Shown here: positions 1 through 12,180 of the stretch, in pieces
Position numbering within the stretch: position 1 is the first letter of the stretch
Layout: every line of letters starts with the position of its first letter
Origin: Octopus sinensis
Lineage: Eukaryota
Direction of reading: 5' to 3'
Assembly (NCBI RefSeq): GCF_006345805.1
Contig: NW_021833057.1
Span: 1-64,000 of the forward strand
Length of the DNA: 64,000 bases
Notes under the pieces: model-generated
The model's database searches: none
Seen by the model: only the letters and a program-made list of their open reading frames with translations
What the model was told of the DNA's origin: nothing
Position numbers and translations under genes: made by a program

Positions 1-222
1 CTCTATGGAATATGTTCAGCCATTTTATATTGCAATATTGACCAGAAATGATCTGTTTAGACAAATGACACTCCTCCATTGCTGTGTCTTTCATATAATC
101 ATGCTGCAAAACCATGCAAAAATTGCCTGTAGTTAAAAGAAACTAGAGAAGACATTTACTAGTCTCATGAAGCAATTTATCACCAGTAAATCTAGATGGC
201 AACCCTCCTGTAAAGGACTAAA

Positions 223-618
223 TTAGTCTTCGCTTGCTAAAGGGTTCCATCTGCGATCGCTTGTCAATCTATACCAACTTGAGTTTGTTTCAACGACCAT
301 AGTGGTTTTGTTCACTTGCCTGAATTCTAAGCCTCTCTCCTGTAGGAAATAGCACACCGATTTGGTTGGAAAGAAACGGCAGCCAACATCAATATGGAGT
401 GAGGCTTCATGATATCCCTTGACAAGTTCCTCATCGACCAGGTTCTGATATTTGGTTTTCTTCAGCTGGTGAGAAATGTCAAGCCTGTCCTCCCAGGGCA
501 GTGTCAAATCTAAAAATTCGCATTTCTGGATAGCCAGAACCTGTCTAGTCAGAGTGATATCACTACTGTGTCCTTTAGGAAGATGAGTGGGTTTAGCTGC
601 ATTTCTCAGGCACAACAA
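223..618 (-). mobile_element. Degraded RLE-type non-LTR retrotransposon C-terminus (Hero/R2-superfamily-like restriction-like endonuclease region)
   Basis: The ORF reads DLTLPWEDRLDISHQLKKTKYQNL...IDVGCRFF, matching the ELTVPWE..E.HERK..KY..L...VEVGCRGF pattern of Hero/NeSL-type RLE domains. Confidence 0.72.
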
Positions 619-781
619 GCCTGATCGCAGTGTATGCCCGAAGAAGAGATAAATATTCTTATTTAAGAGTGATTGGTTCGGAAGAAACAGTAGCGTGTAC
701 CATTAAATATCTTTGAGTAACTCAAACTTCATTGTTCTATATCTTGAATGGAAATTCTTGTGAATATCTACAAACTCTTGA

Positions 782-1088
782 AGGGGCGTGGCTAGTGGTT
801 AAGATATTCGGCTCATGACCGTAGTAAGATCGTCAGATCGATTACCGGCGGTGCTTTGTGTCCTTTATTTCTCGTTGCTCCAGTCCAGTCAATTGGGAAA
901 ATATGTGTTACCTGTAGCTCAAAGGGTCGGCTTTGTCACATTCTGAGTCACACTGAATCTCCCTGAGATCTACTTCAAAGATACACGAGTCTGTTGAATA
1001 CTCAGCCACGGTACGTTAATTTCGTGCGCAGGTTGTTCCGTTGATCGGATCAACTAGAACACTCGTCGTCGTAACCGACGGAGTAACG
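782..1088 (+). mobile_element. tRNA-derived SINE (degenerate), different family from the Nin SINEs
   Basis: A-box-like GGCTAGTGGTTAAG head, central TGTGTCCTT...GTTGCTCCAGTCCA, and a 3' tail ending GTCGTCGTAACCGACGGAGT. Confidence 0.55.
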
Positions 1089-1104
1089 GCTGCTCTCTCT
1101 TTCA

Positions 1105-1520
1105 AGGTGGTGAGCTGGCAGAAACGTTAGCACGCCGGGCGAAATGCTTAGCGGTATTTCGTCTGCCGCTACGTTCTGAGTTCAAATTCCGCCGAGGTCA
1201 ACTTTGCCTTTCATCCTTTCGGGGTCGATAAATTAAGTACCAGTTACGCACTGGGGTCGATGTAATCGAATTAATCCGTTTGTCTTTCTTGTTTGTCCCC
1301 TCTGTGTTTAGCCCCTTGTGGGTAATAAAGAAATAGGTATTTCGTCTGCCGCTACGTTCTGAGTTCAAATTCCGCCGAGGTCAACTTTGCCTTTCATCCT
1401 TTCGGAGTCGATAAATTAAGTACCAGTTACGCACTGGGGTCGATGTAATCGACTTAATCCGTTTGTCTGTTCCTTGTTTGTCCCCTCTGTGTTTAGCCCC
1501 TTGTGGGCAATAAAGAAATA
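1105..1520 (+). mobile_element. Nin-domain tRNA SINE, tail-A type, head plus 2 tandem units, 17-bp TSD
   Basis: Head GGTGGTGAGCTGGCAGAAACGTTAGC, B-box GAGTTCAAATTCC, Nin-like CCTTTCATCCTTTCGGGGTCGATAAATTAAGTACC. Flanks GG(C/T)TGCTCTCTCTTTCA at 1088-1104 and 1521-1537. Confidence 0.9.
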
Positions 1521-1637
1521 GGTTGCTCTCTCTTTCATCCTAATGTGATGGTCATTATTTCTCATCCCGCAAAAGTAGCACTTATTGAATAGACATTTCG
1601 GGTGGCATTTAAATATAAACGGTAATGGGTTCTAGAT

Positions 1638-1743
1638 AAATTAAGTACCATTACGCACTGGGGTCGATGTAATCGACTTAATACCTATGTCTGTCCTTGT
1701 TTGTCCCCTCTGTGTTTAGCCCCTTGTGGGTAATAAAGAAATA
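1638..1743 (+). mobile_element. 5'-truncated tail-A Nin SINE with 17-bp TSD
   Basis: Body from AAATTAAGTACC to AAAGAAATA, flanked by GGTAA(T/C)GGGTTCTAGAT at 1621-1637 and 1744-1760. Confidence 0.85.
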
Positions 1744-2254
1744 GGTAACGGGTTCTAGATGAATGACCCCAGAGAAAACACTCTAACGTTATTTACAGTT
1801 CCTGTCAATTGGAATTCTTTGTTATAATTAGCGTCAGAAAGATATGATGGGAACGGTTTTTCGTAAAGAACTTGAACTGATTGTGCAAAAGAAAAGAGAA
1901 AACAAATAGCAGATTCTATCAGTGACGTTCTATTGGAGGAGTGGATGGGGGGCAGGGGCTGCGGACCGCACAAGTCAAGATGCTTTTTGTATGTATGTTT
2001 GATGTATGTTAGGTTTAAGGAAGATGCGGCTATTTTGGCTACCGCACAAGGAGGCTAGAATCCACGCTACTTATCTGGAACGTACAATTTCATCGGCTCA
2101 GAACCCCACCATCATCATCCACCCCGCGATGCATAAATTAATTAATGGATATCAAATTCTTCACAGATTCACAAGTTGTTTTTTATTTAGGTCGAGCAGA
2201 CCTATCATCGATGAAATTCTAACAGTAATCATCACGTCTATTTCATCATCATCA

Positions 2255-2289
<35 letters not shown>

Positions 2290-2290
<1 letters not shown>

Positions 2291-3767
2291 TATGTTTGAC
2301 TTTTGCTTTATATTTGTACAAGTTGGCTCCAAGTCTCACCCAGAGACCTCAAGAGACCACAGGGTTGGAAGTTCATGTTGTTGTTATGCCTAGTGTGCCA
2401 TATATTTGGGGGGTGGGGATGTTGTACTAATGAATGTCTAAAAAAAAAAGAAGTTTTTTTTTTTTCTTTTTTAAACCGAAAATTATGTTGTTTTAAACCT
2501 TGATGTTACATAGAGAGTATTTTGCATAGGAATATTGAGCAGGTTCCCATGAGCACTATCTTTTGAACTTCTGCATTTTTGGTTTCTGGTATCTGAGTTA
2601 GGTAGCTATCAGCCCCTTTTGCTATCATTCCCAGGGCACCTATGACAACAGGTATTGTTTTAGTCTTCAGCTTCCACATTTTTGCTGATTTCTATTTCAA
2701 GATCTTTATATTTGCTCAGTTTTTGGTAGGTCCTGACCAGATACGTTTATATCGATTGGGACAGTTATATCAATGAGGAGGCATGTTCTTTGTTTGAAGT
2801 CTTTCAATATGATGTCTGGCCTATTTGCATCTATCTTCCTGTCAGTTTGAATGGTGAAGTTCCAGAGGAGTGAGATGTGGTCATTTTCAAGCAATGGGGG
2901 TGGTTTGTGTTCCCACCAGTTTTTTTCATGGGGCAAATCCAGGTTTTTACAGATTACCCAGTGATATATTGTGCAGCTCTATCGTGCATGTTGAGATACT
3001 CTGTAGGCGCTAGAAGACTGCACTTGGAGACCACATGGTCAATGGTTTCATTTTGTTGCTTGCATACACGACACGTTGGACTGTCTGCTTCTGATCTTTA
3101 ATATGTTGGCCTGGTAGTTTCTTGTTGGTAGGCATTGATCTTGAGCTGCTATGATAAACCCCTCTGTTTCAGATTTTAAGCCAGAGGCCATTAGCCATTG
3201 ATGGGTCAGGGCTTTGTCGATATCTGCATTATTTGCTCTCTTTGGGTATTTGCCATAGAGAGGTTTTTCTTGCCATTTATTATTCCGAATAATTAAGGCC
3301 GCAGTTTTGGCACGGGTTTTCATGCGCCTAGCTTTTTCTGTGCTTGTTTCTTGTATGTCTATCTAATTCCGAAATTGGTTTGTATCGGAATTCACTTAGA
3401 TATTCTTTGCCTGTTTGTGACTGAGTATGATGCTGTCTTGTTTTCATCTTTTGAGACAAGTTTAACATCCAGTCCTCAGAGTTTTTCAGGTAGGTGTCTA
3501 GGCCAATTGTAGCAATCTTCATGTTATTGCCAGTTGCAAAAGACCACGGCCTCCCTCTTTCTTGGCAGATAGAGTCGTTCTGTATCTGCCTTAGGGTGGT
3601 GCATTCTATGCATTGTCAACAGTTTCCTTATTTTCTGTCGAGCTGACATATTCAAGTAATTGACCAGTTAACAATATTGAAACTGTAAGTCACGACTGGT
3701 AAGCTAATGCATTGATTGCTTCGATCCTGTTTCTTGCATTCAGCTCTGTCTTGAGTATTGCTCTCAC
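2290..3767 (-). mobile_element. 5'-truncated, frameshifted Dong/R4-like non-LTR retrotransposon between (TAA)n arrays
   Basis: Fragments read VRAILKTELNARNRIEAIN, KEGGRGLLQL, KSETEGFIIAAQDQCLPTRNY, LLWNFTIQTDRKIDANRPDII...LIDITVP and IPVVIGALG. (TTA)n lies directly at 2259-2289 and 3768-3810. Confidence 0.9.
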
Positions 3768-4465
3768 TTATTATTATTATTATTATTATTATCATTATTA
3801 TTATTATTACTACTTCTGTTGTTGTTGTCGTTCCTTAGATCGCATTTTTAAAAAGGTACAATGTGGTATGTGTGTGAGAGAGAGAGAGAGAAAGAGACTT
3901 GGTTTCTATTTCTAGCAGTTTGAAAGACCACGTACTGGCTTCCTGCATAAGTAATTCGAATAAAGTGCTTGTATGTTTATTTTTACTCTTGTACCTGAAA
4001 GATTTCAGCAGACGTCTATCGTTAAATATGGTTAGTTACGTAATTCGAGCCTTCTTAAAACTTGGTGTGGTTATCTGCCAAAGCTACTGCCAACTTTTGC
4101 CTTAAGACATATACATATGTCTATACATACGCATATTAACGCACGCACATACACACACACACACATGCATCCATACATACATGAATGCGCGCATACAATA
4201 AGTATTATATAATACATATAAATATACGCACACGTCTGTGTGTGTGTTGTATGTGTATAGGTATATAGTATCGTAAATTGAGTTTAAATAATTGTTTATT
4301 TTTGTTTTATTACGCAACTGATCTTACATAACAAACTTCAACGTAGAAAAAAAATTAGTAGTTTTAAAGATATAGCTTTTATTTAACAAGATGTTATTAT
4401 CAAAACTTAATAGTATCAAATGGCTGCATGCACCATCTAACTCTCTCCCTTTCTTATGTGTCTAT

Positions 4466-4506
<41 letters not shown>

Positions 4507-4949
4507 ATATATATAATATATATATATATTCAGAGAGAGAGAGAGAAAGAAGAGATTGAATTTTAAGCATCTTGCGTAACTTCTGTACCTCACTGTATTA
4601 CCATTTGATGTATAATGTATGTGCGTGTACATATCTACTATAAATATAATTATATATAATATATATATATATACATGCATACATACATACATACAACATA
4701 CATACATACACATGAGAGGGATTACTAGTATGTGTACCCACCTAATGATAGAAGTAGATCCACTATGTTCTTACCACTGAGAAATATTCATATGTATGTA
4801 ATACTATTACTGAACCTTATTGTTTTTTAATATGGTAGACCATTAAATTGATGTTATCAAATTAATATCCAATTTTTTCACCCTCATTTTAAGTTATAGT
4901 TATATATATATAATATATATATATCATATATATATATATATATATTATA

Positions 4950-5291
4950 TACGCGAGTAAGCACATAATGCAAAACAAGGTGGAAAAAATAGTACTAGAA
5001 TGCCGAAGTAGATTAATTACGTTTTTATTAAGGCCGCAAAAACATCACAAAAAACTGTGACTGGAACAAAATTGTAATCAATTTTATTCATGTAGGAGTC
5101 ACATGTATTATTTAAAACAGGTTGATTTGCTTTCCATGCTACTTCAAGTTTTGCTGGCCCTTCAGGTTTCTGGAATGATCGAATGGAGAGGTCCAGAGCT
5201 CCAGATGTCCAAAGGCCTGAATGGGTTGGGCTCCGTTTGGGCCTAGCGAAACTTGAAGAATCACCAAAGCCGAATCAAAATGTTTTAAATA
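4950..5291. mobile_element. Penelope-like fragment next to (TA)n with an imperfect foldback (5109-5291)
   Basis: Inverted arms TATTTAAAACA/TGTTTTAAATA and CTTCAAGTTT/AAACTTGAAG, with a degenerate hammerhead-like core in each arm. Confidence 0.45.
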
Positions 5292-6574
5292 ATATACATA
5301 TATGTGTGTTGTGTGTGTGTAGGCATCAAAGTTAATGATGCAAGTCGAACACATCTTTTTTATACATACATACATACGTACATACAGACAGACAGACAGA
5401 CATAATAAGTCATTGAACTTCGACAGGTTATTACACTGCAGTGTATATACACAATAGGTTAAAACGATCTTTGCGAGGAACGTATTTAGCACAAAGGAAT
5501 CAATTTGACATTGCGCATGCTCTAATTGTGCACAGCAGCTGTTTTATTAAGATAAACACCAACTGATATATAACTACATAATCTTATGTATGCATATATA
5601 TGTGTGTTTGTGTGTGTGTGTATATATATGTATATATATAATATATATATATATAGTATATATATATATATATAATATATATATATATTCAATCAATTCA
5701 ATTTCTATTGGCTCAAAAAGCAAAAGCAAGGTCATGTGCGGGACAGGAGTTAGTGCAGGGAGGTGGTCATACAAAGAGTTCAGGCCATTTCTGGTTATGT
5801 ATGTATGTATGTATGTATGTAATGATGTATGTATGTATGTATGTATGTATATACATATGTGTGTGTGTGGTCTCATGTGCTCGTCTGTGTGTGTGGATAA
5901 AGTCAAAGGCTGACTCCATTGCAGCGTTACTCAGAGTTTTAAACAAAGGCAAATGATATACGCATCTGATCTGTCAGACGATATCGTATATAAGCACGAT
6001 GTTTTCTGGTAAAAATATATACATCCCTCACAGAAACACACACGCAGAGAGAATAAGGCCTAGTAAGGGAGAGATGTGAGAGAGAGTGAGAGAGAGAGAG
6101 AAAGTGAGTGGGAGAGACAGTAAGAGTGAGAGTGAGAGAGTGAGAGAGTGAGAGAATGAGTGGGAGAGACGGAGTGGTGTTAGACAAAGAAGTTAATAAA
6201 TTCTTAGGTAGATAGAAAAGAACGGTGGTAGGTTTATATATAGAAGATGTAGTCTTGCAGATTGGCAGCGTTTTATATAAATGGCAATAATGCTGAATAT
6301 TTAAACACAAAGAAATGATTGATGTATCGTGCAGGAACAGAGGTACTAGAAGCTAGAGGAATAAGAACCACCCCCATATTAACGCACACACATACTCACA
6401 CATTCTCACATAAACTCACACACACACATACTCAATGAGACCGGTCCACAAAGCTGCCTGGATGGTTACATGTATGTATGTATGCATATATGCATGTGAG
6501 TACGCATGTTGTACATGTAACGCACATGTATTTCTGCTTGTATTGTTGTGTGTATGTATCTGAGTATACATGTC

Positions 6575-6611
<37 letters not shown>

Positions 6612-6613
<2 letters not shown>

Positions 6614-6981
6614 AATAATAATATTAGGAATAAATCCAAATTTACAGGGAAAAATCAGATTTTAGATTAAATCGATTTTATAGTAAAATATATAAAATAT
6701 TATTAGAGACAAAACCACTTTTTGCAAAACAAACACAGGAAAGACTTAATCAATACATAAAATTTTAATAAATAGTCAAAAAAACCGCCACTACAATCGT
6801 TTCTTGTCTTGATCGACAATCTTCAGGTGGACTTCCAATAATTCAGTGTCAAATTATGAAGATTGTCGATCAAGACAAGAAACGATTGTAGTGGCGGTTT
6901 TTTTGACTATTTATTAAAATTTTATGTATTGATTAAGTCTTTCCTTGTTTGTTTTGCAAAATAGTGGTTTTGTCTCTAATA

Positions 6982-6994
<13 letters not shown>
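6612..6994. mobile_element. Penelope-like foldback element in (TA)n; ~138-bp inverted arms (6688-6825, 6857-6994)
   Basis: Near-perfect inverted repeat with a 31-nt spacer, (TA)n on both sides, and a hammerhead motif. Minimal hammerheads and inverted termini are established PLE hallmarks. Confidence 0.7.
6788..6830 (-). ncRNA. Minimal type I hammerhead ribozyme (GUA cleavage)
   Basis: Minus strand reads CCAC-CUGAAGA-UUGUC(GAUCAA)GACAA-GAAA-C(GAUU)G-UA/GUGG. Stems I, II and III all pair. Confidence 0.8.
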
Positions 6995-7047
<53 letters not shown>

Positions 7048-7468
7048 TGTATGTATGTATGTATGTATGTATGTATGTATGTATGAATATATGTATTATA
7101 ACTTCTTAAGTTCACTATGTATTTAGGTATGCATGTATGTATGCATGTATGTATGTATGTATGTATGCATGCATGCATGCATGCTTATGTGCTCGTATAA
7201 CCACCCACGCAGTGAATAGCCTTGGTTATATTAAAGAAATTCTAACTGCAGCTGAAGAACTTGTCCGTAACATATTGGAACCAGCGGACTTTTCTAATAT
7301 TAGATATCATGCTTCGCTTTGTCTTTGATCCTGTCAATATGGTGCCGCGGGTGTGTGAATTGTTGTAGAAAAACTTTAGAAGTAAAATTTTCGAATACTC
7401 ATTCATGATTTCCTGCAGTCATTAATATTCTTGCTCGGACACAAATGGTTATCCGATATATATATATA

Positions 7469-7890
7469 GGCGTAGGAGTGGCTGTATGGTAAGTAGCTTG
7501 CCTACGAAGCACATGGATTCGGGTTCAGTTCCACTGCGTGGCACCTTGGGCAAGATTCTTCTACTATAGCCTCGGGCCGACTAAAGCTTTGTGAGTGGAT
7601 TTGGTAGACGGAAACTGAAAGAAACCTGTCGTATATATATATATATATATACTTATATGTGTGTGTATGTGTGTATGTATGTGTGTATGTGTTCCCCCCC
7701 CCAACATCGCTTGACAACCGATTGCTGGTGTGTTTATATCCCCGTAACTTAGCGATTCGCCAAAAGAGACCTATAGAATAAGTACTAGGCTTAAAAAGAA
7801 TAAGTCCTGGGGTCAATTCGCTCGACTAAAGGTCATGCTCCAGCATGGCCACAGTCAAATGACTGAAACAAGTAAAAGAATAAAAGGAAT
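7469..7890 (+). mobile_element. tRNA-derived SINE with CCTTGGGCAAG (CORE/V/Meta-like) motif, internal microsatellite and CR1/L2-like tail
   Basis: Head GGCGTAGGAGTGGCTGTATGGTAAG, B-box GGGTTCAGTTCC, internal (TA)n(TG)n after GTCG, tail CAGCATGGCCACAGTCAAATGACTGAAAC. Many homologous copies occur in the window. Confidence 0.9.
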
Positions 7891-7892
7891 AT

Positions 7893-7926
<34 letters not shown>

Positions 7927-7944
7927 TATATAATATATACATAC

Positions 7945-8136
7945 ACGCACAGTTATCTCGGATGAGACAGTTGTCCTGAGCAAAAACATCAAGGACTGCA
8001 GAAAATTATGAATCATCATTCGGAAATTTAACTTCTAAATTCACTGCTATAATGTCCTTTGTATTGTATCAAAATTTCATGCTTTTATTTGTAAGTTAAA
8101 AATTGAAATCCATCAGTTACTTTTGGGACACCCCTT
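7945..8136. mobile_element. Tc1/mariner-like terminal remnant
   Basis: Ends in ...CAGTTACTTTTGGGACACCCCTTA, resembling a CAGGGTGTCCCAAAA-type TIR followed by TA. Confidence 0.35.
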
Positions 8137-9081
8137 ATTTATAAGCATATATGCTTGTATGTATTTATCCGTGGATTTCTGTCTCATTCATATGTTGTTT
8201 CCTTCCCCATTAAGCACTTGAATACGCATCATGTCTGTGATATTCACGGTCACTGGCGCGGAACTAGAGGAGTGGTATTATGGAACGTAAAATATTTGTA
8301 CTTTAAATACGCCGAAATTAAGCTGATTCCTGTCTCTATGGCTGATGAGAGGAGTTCCATGTTTATTAATTTTTTTCTCGTTATTAGTTTCTATGTTTCA
8401 GCTTGATTCAGCCACCTTGGACGTCACTAACTTTGTTTTAAGTTGAATAATTAATTAGGCAGGGATATGCATAGTAGATTTGTAAAACAAGAACTTAATA
8501 CAATAAAAAATAAACATTGAGGTATTTTGTCACGTGTTCCTGTGAATGTGTATTTATATTTTATATTTACGAGATACGGTGTGGGTTTTCTTTCCACTGC
8601 CAAACCAATCCTTCTCGTTCTTTCTCTCTAACATTGAACCATTTTCTGTGCATGTGTGTATGAGTACTTGTGCATGTTTGTGTGTTTGTGTCTGTGAGTT
8701 TTTTTTTACATAAATTTATAAATGGATGTATAGGTACACATGCCTAAACACAGGCGTGCACGCTCGCATTTAGAGATACATAATTATATATTAATATATG
8801 CAAGCACATACATACTGGCACACACATACACACTTATACATATATCCATGTGTGTGGAAATCGATCATTTAAATCGATGCCCTAATCCTTCGTTTGATCC
8901 GTTTTCTTTCGTATGTCTTCTATCATCATTCGATCGTCGTTTAACACATTATCGTGGTCTGAACACTCGTTGATAAGATTCGAAGACCTGGCTCTGGGCC
9001 GTCTAATAACAGGTAGCTAAATGCTTTTGCTAATTGTTTGTGATGCCTATCTAGTCTTTACTGTCTCATCCTTTTGCTCAG

Positions 9082-9123
9082 GGGCCAGGGGCACATCTGG
9101 GACGTCACAGCTCGAGGAGGAGG
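9082..9123 (+). CDS. Candidate 42-nt exon (GARGTSGTSQLEEE), gene unidentified
   Basis: Acceptor CCTTTTGCTCAG and donor GTGAAA, open frame, locally GC-rich. No homology recognised. Confidence 0.2.
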
Positions 9124-9479
9124 GTGAAAGAGTGAGGATAGGAGAGAGAGAGCTGCACCAACAATCGTCTGGTACTCGCTTTTCAGTTCCTATGTATATC
9201 CATTTACCAAGAGACTTACCATCAGCAACTTCACCATCACAACCCTCTCAGCTCTACCCAAAATCCCTTCCATCAATCACAGCCGTCATTAATACCACCG
9301 TCACTTTAATTACTGCTACAACAACCATTACAGCAATACAATACCACTACCACGATCATCATCACTATCTCATCAGAATCATTACTATGACTATTACCAC
9401 CATCACCACCACCACCACCACCACCACCCGACACCCTCACTACCACCGATGTCCTCACCACTACTATCCCCACTACCTT

Positions 9480-9754
9480 GGAGCCTTGGATCTAGGTTAG
9501 AAACCGGCTCTTTCTCTATTGGCAAGAAACCTTGAAATAAAACTGAATGATATACATAAGCACGTACGTACATACATACATACATACATACATACATACA
9601 TACATACATACATACATACATACATACATACATACAAACAAAAATACTCTGTTGTTGATGTTGAAATTCCAATGAAAGAGCCTTGGATCTAGGTTAGAAA
9701 CCGGTTCTTTCTCTATTGGCAAGAAATCTTGAAATAAAACTGGATAATGACATA
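9480..9754 (+). mobile_element. Two tandem 3'-UTR ends of the (CATA)n-associated R4-like LINE separated by (CATA)n
   Basis: GAGCCTTGGATCTAGGTTAGAAACCGG(C/T)TCTTTCTCTATTGGCAAGAAA occurs twice and matches the 3' UTR at 56740-56807. Confidence 0.8.
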
Positions 9755-10606
9755 CGTGTTGTCAATGTGTTATCCAACGAGTCTTTCATATCATTAACCC
9801 TTTGCCTGTCCAAATCATTTTTCATAACCTAGTCCTGAACGTCCATGCTTGTTTTCAAACTTTTTGGTTATCCTCTGTTCCTTGCTTTCTGAATAGTAAT
9901 ATGAAGCTCTCCTTCCATAAGTCGCAAATTACTCTGTTTGAAAAAAACAAACTGGGAATGTGTGTCATATATGATGCGTGGATTCCTGGGGGAGCTGTTT
10001 TGTGTATCACATGTGGTACACAGGATAAGCAAAGAGTTAAAACGACAGGGTGTGATTTGGCTGAGGTTTGGCTGCTATTTATAACAGATCAAGACCGACC
10101 TCGTTGCTACACGAACACTGAATCGTGTACAAATACTAAGGTTTGGTGTGTCACATCCAGACAATAATAGCTAAGCAATCTGTCGGTTGTTTATTAAACA
10201 GGTTTTGTGTTATAAATATAATTATTTATTTTTCTTTCAAGATCCAAGAATATTCTTTTCTTAAATGACATTACGAGAAAGAGAGGGGGAGTGAGAGGGA
10301 GAAAGAGAGAGAAAGAGAGGGAGTAGTGGGACTGAGGCAACCATCGTAAGCAACTGTCCAAAGCCACATGGCATTAATATATAACAAACAACAAGAAGCT
10401 CTGAATTCAAGTTTCGCTTCTTTCTATACGTTCTTTTTACTTTAATTCCCACTTTGCGTTTTTAATGGTCGCTTTTATATTTTTTATGCTTTAACGTTTA
10501 TTGATCAAAGACCAAAGACAAAGAGAAAGTCAGACAGAAAGATAGATCGAAAGAAAAACAAACTGATAGATAAATAGATAAACAGAAAGAAAAAAAGAAA
10601 CAAAGA

Positions 10607-10690
10607 TAAGTTTCTTTATTGGCCACACAGGGCTGCACACAGATGGGACAAGTTACAAGGTAGAGCTTTTCTTTTGGGGGATGAAGAGAA
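10607..10690 (-). mobile_element. Probable LINE 3' end homologous to SINE tail A
   Basis: Minus strand CCTTGTAACTTGTCCCATCTGTGTGCAGCCCTGTGTGGCCAATAAAGAAA aligns with the tail-A sequence, but the upstream sequence is unrelated to the SINE body. Confidence 0.45.
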
Positions 10691-10860
10691 CAAAAAACAA
10701 AAGAAAAAAAAGGGGGGTGGCGTAGGTTTTCGATCAAGAGGGATCGTAAAAGGGAAGAAAAGAACAAATACAAAAAAAAAATAGATAGATAGATAGATAG
10801 ATAGATACATGCATGCATACATACATACATACATACATACATACATACATACATACATAC

Positions 10861-11030
10861 ATAATTCGTACATTACAAGTGCAATCTGTGAGTGGAACAG
10901 TAAAAATATGCAAAACTTTTCTAAAGTTCCAAATGTGAATTTTGTCTGTGTTAACTACATCCCAATGATGGAGCCTTATATCTTTGTTGGAAACCGGCTC
11001 CGTCCTCAGTAGAAGATTTATAATAATTAA
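10861..11030 (+). mobile_element. Extremely 5'-truncated R4-like LINE starting immediately after (CATA)n
   Basis: 10861-10938 translates IIRTLQVQSVSGTVKICKTFLKFQM*, homologous to LIRRLQFQSITGTGKLYKTFLKFII* at 56530-56604. The 3' UTR has the GGAGCC...GGCTCC stem. Confidence 0.8.
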
Positions 11031-11110
11031 AAAATAGAAGGGACCTACAAACATGCAGATAAATAGATTAAAAGACAAACAATTCGCTAGAGATGGCGAA
11101 CGATTACTAC

Positions 11111-11141
<31 letters not shown>

Positions 11142-11620
11142 TTCACACACACACACACTCTCCCTCTCCCTCGCTCTCCATTTCTCTCTCTCTTTCTCTC
11201 TTTCCCTCTCCCTTTATCTTTATCTCTCCCTTCTCCCTTCTTCTCTCTCCTACATACAACAGAAAGACACGCACACAAACATACACAGATACACACACAC
11301 ACACACACACACACAACGAACGCATGCACGCACACACACGAACGCATGCACGCACAAACACCCGTACACACCTAAAGCCCAGGCAAAAAGCCAAGCGTTT
11401 AGTAGAAAACATCGAGGTGATGCTACGATAAACGAAAGTGCCAGGTCCTAATGAAGCTGCTACGATGATATGGTATATGCAGCTATGCGCTGTATGCTAT
11501 AAGCCAACCTAACCGACAACCAAACACCATTCTGTACGCCACTGATCTATCTAAAGTGCAATATGATACGGCTGCATACCAACCGAGAACAGCAGGTTTA
11601 ATATACACAGTTGCCCCGTA

Positions 11621-11654
<34 letters not shown>

Positions 11655-11732
11655 ATACCCGATATTCCGTTTCTTTCTCTCTCTCATTTTTGTGATTTAT
11701 AGTCACACACACACGCAAGTATGTGTAGATAC

Positions 11733-11801
<69 letters not shown>

Positions 11802-11912
11802 CACACATATATATATATTATACATATATATATACATATATATACACGGACATATATACCCTAACCCTATATTTTTATACATGTTAGGTTTTTATATATG
11901 CATGTATAAACA

Positions 11913-11999
<87 letters not shown>

Positions 12000-12037
12000 G
12001 ATATATATATATATACATATAATATATATATATATAC

Positions 12038-12084
<47 letters not shown>

Positions 12085-12138
12085 CTATATATATATATAT
12101 ATAATATATATATATATACATATATATATATAATATAT

Positions 12139-12180
<42 letters not shown>

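Noticed and set aside
1460-1520. HDV-like ribozyme in tail A (GGGCAAU after a hairpin)
   Set aside because: No P1/P1.1/P3 pseudoknot could be built. It is better explained as a LINE-type stem-loop plus AATAAA.
1797-1876. Minus-strand candidate exon QVLYEKPFPSYLSDANYNKEFQLTGT (similar cases at 48565-48665, 32318-32390 and 41770-41870)
   Set aside because: Splice-like sites and open frames but no homology or partner exons. Chance frequency is high in this composition.
7469-7545. tRNA genes at SINE heads
   Set aside because: A and B boxes are present, but there is no complete cloverleaf and each continues into a SINE body.
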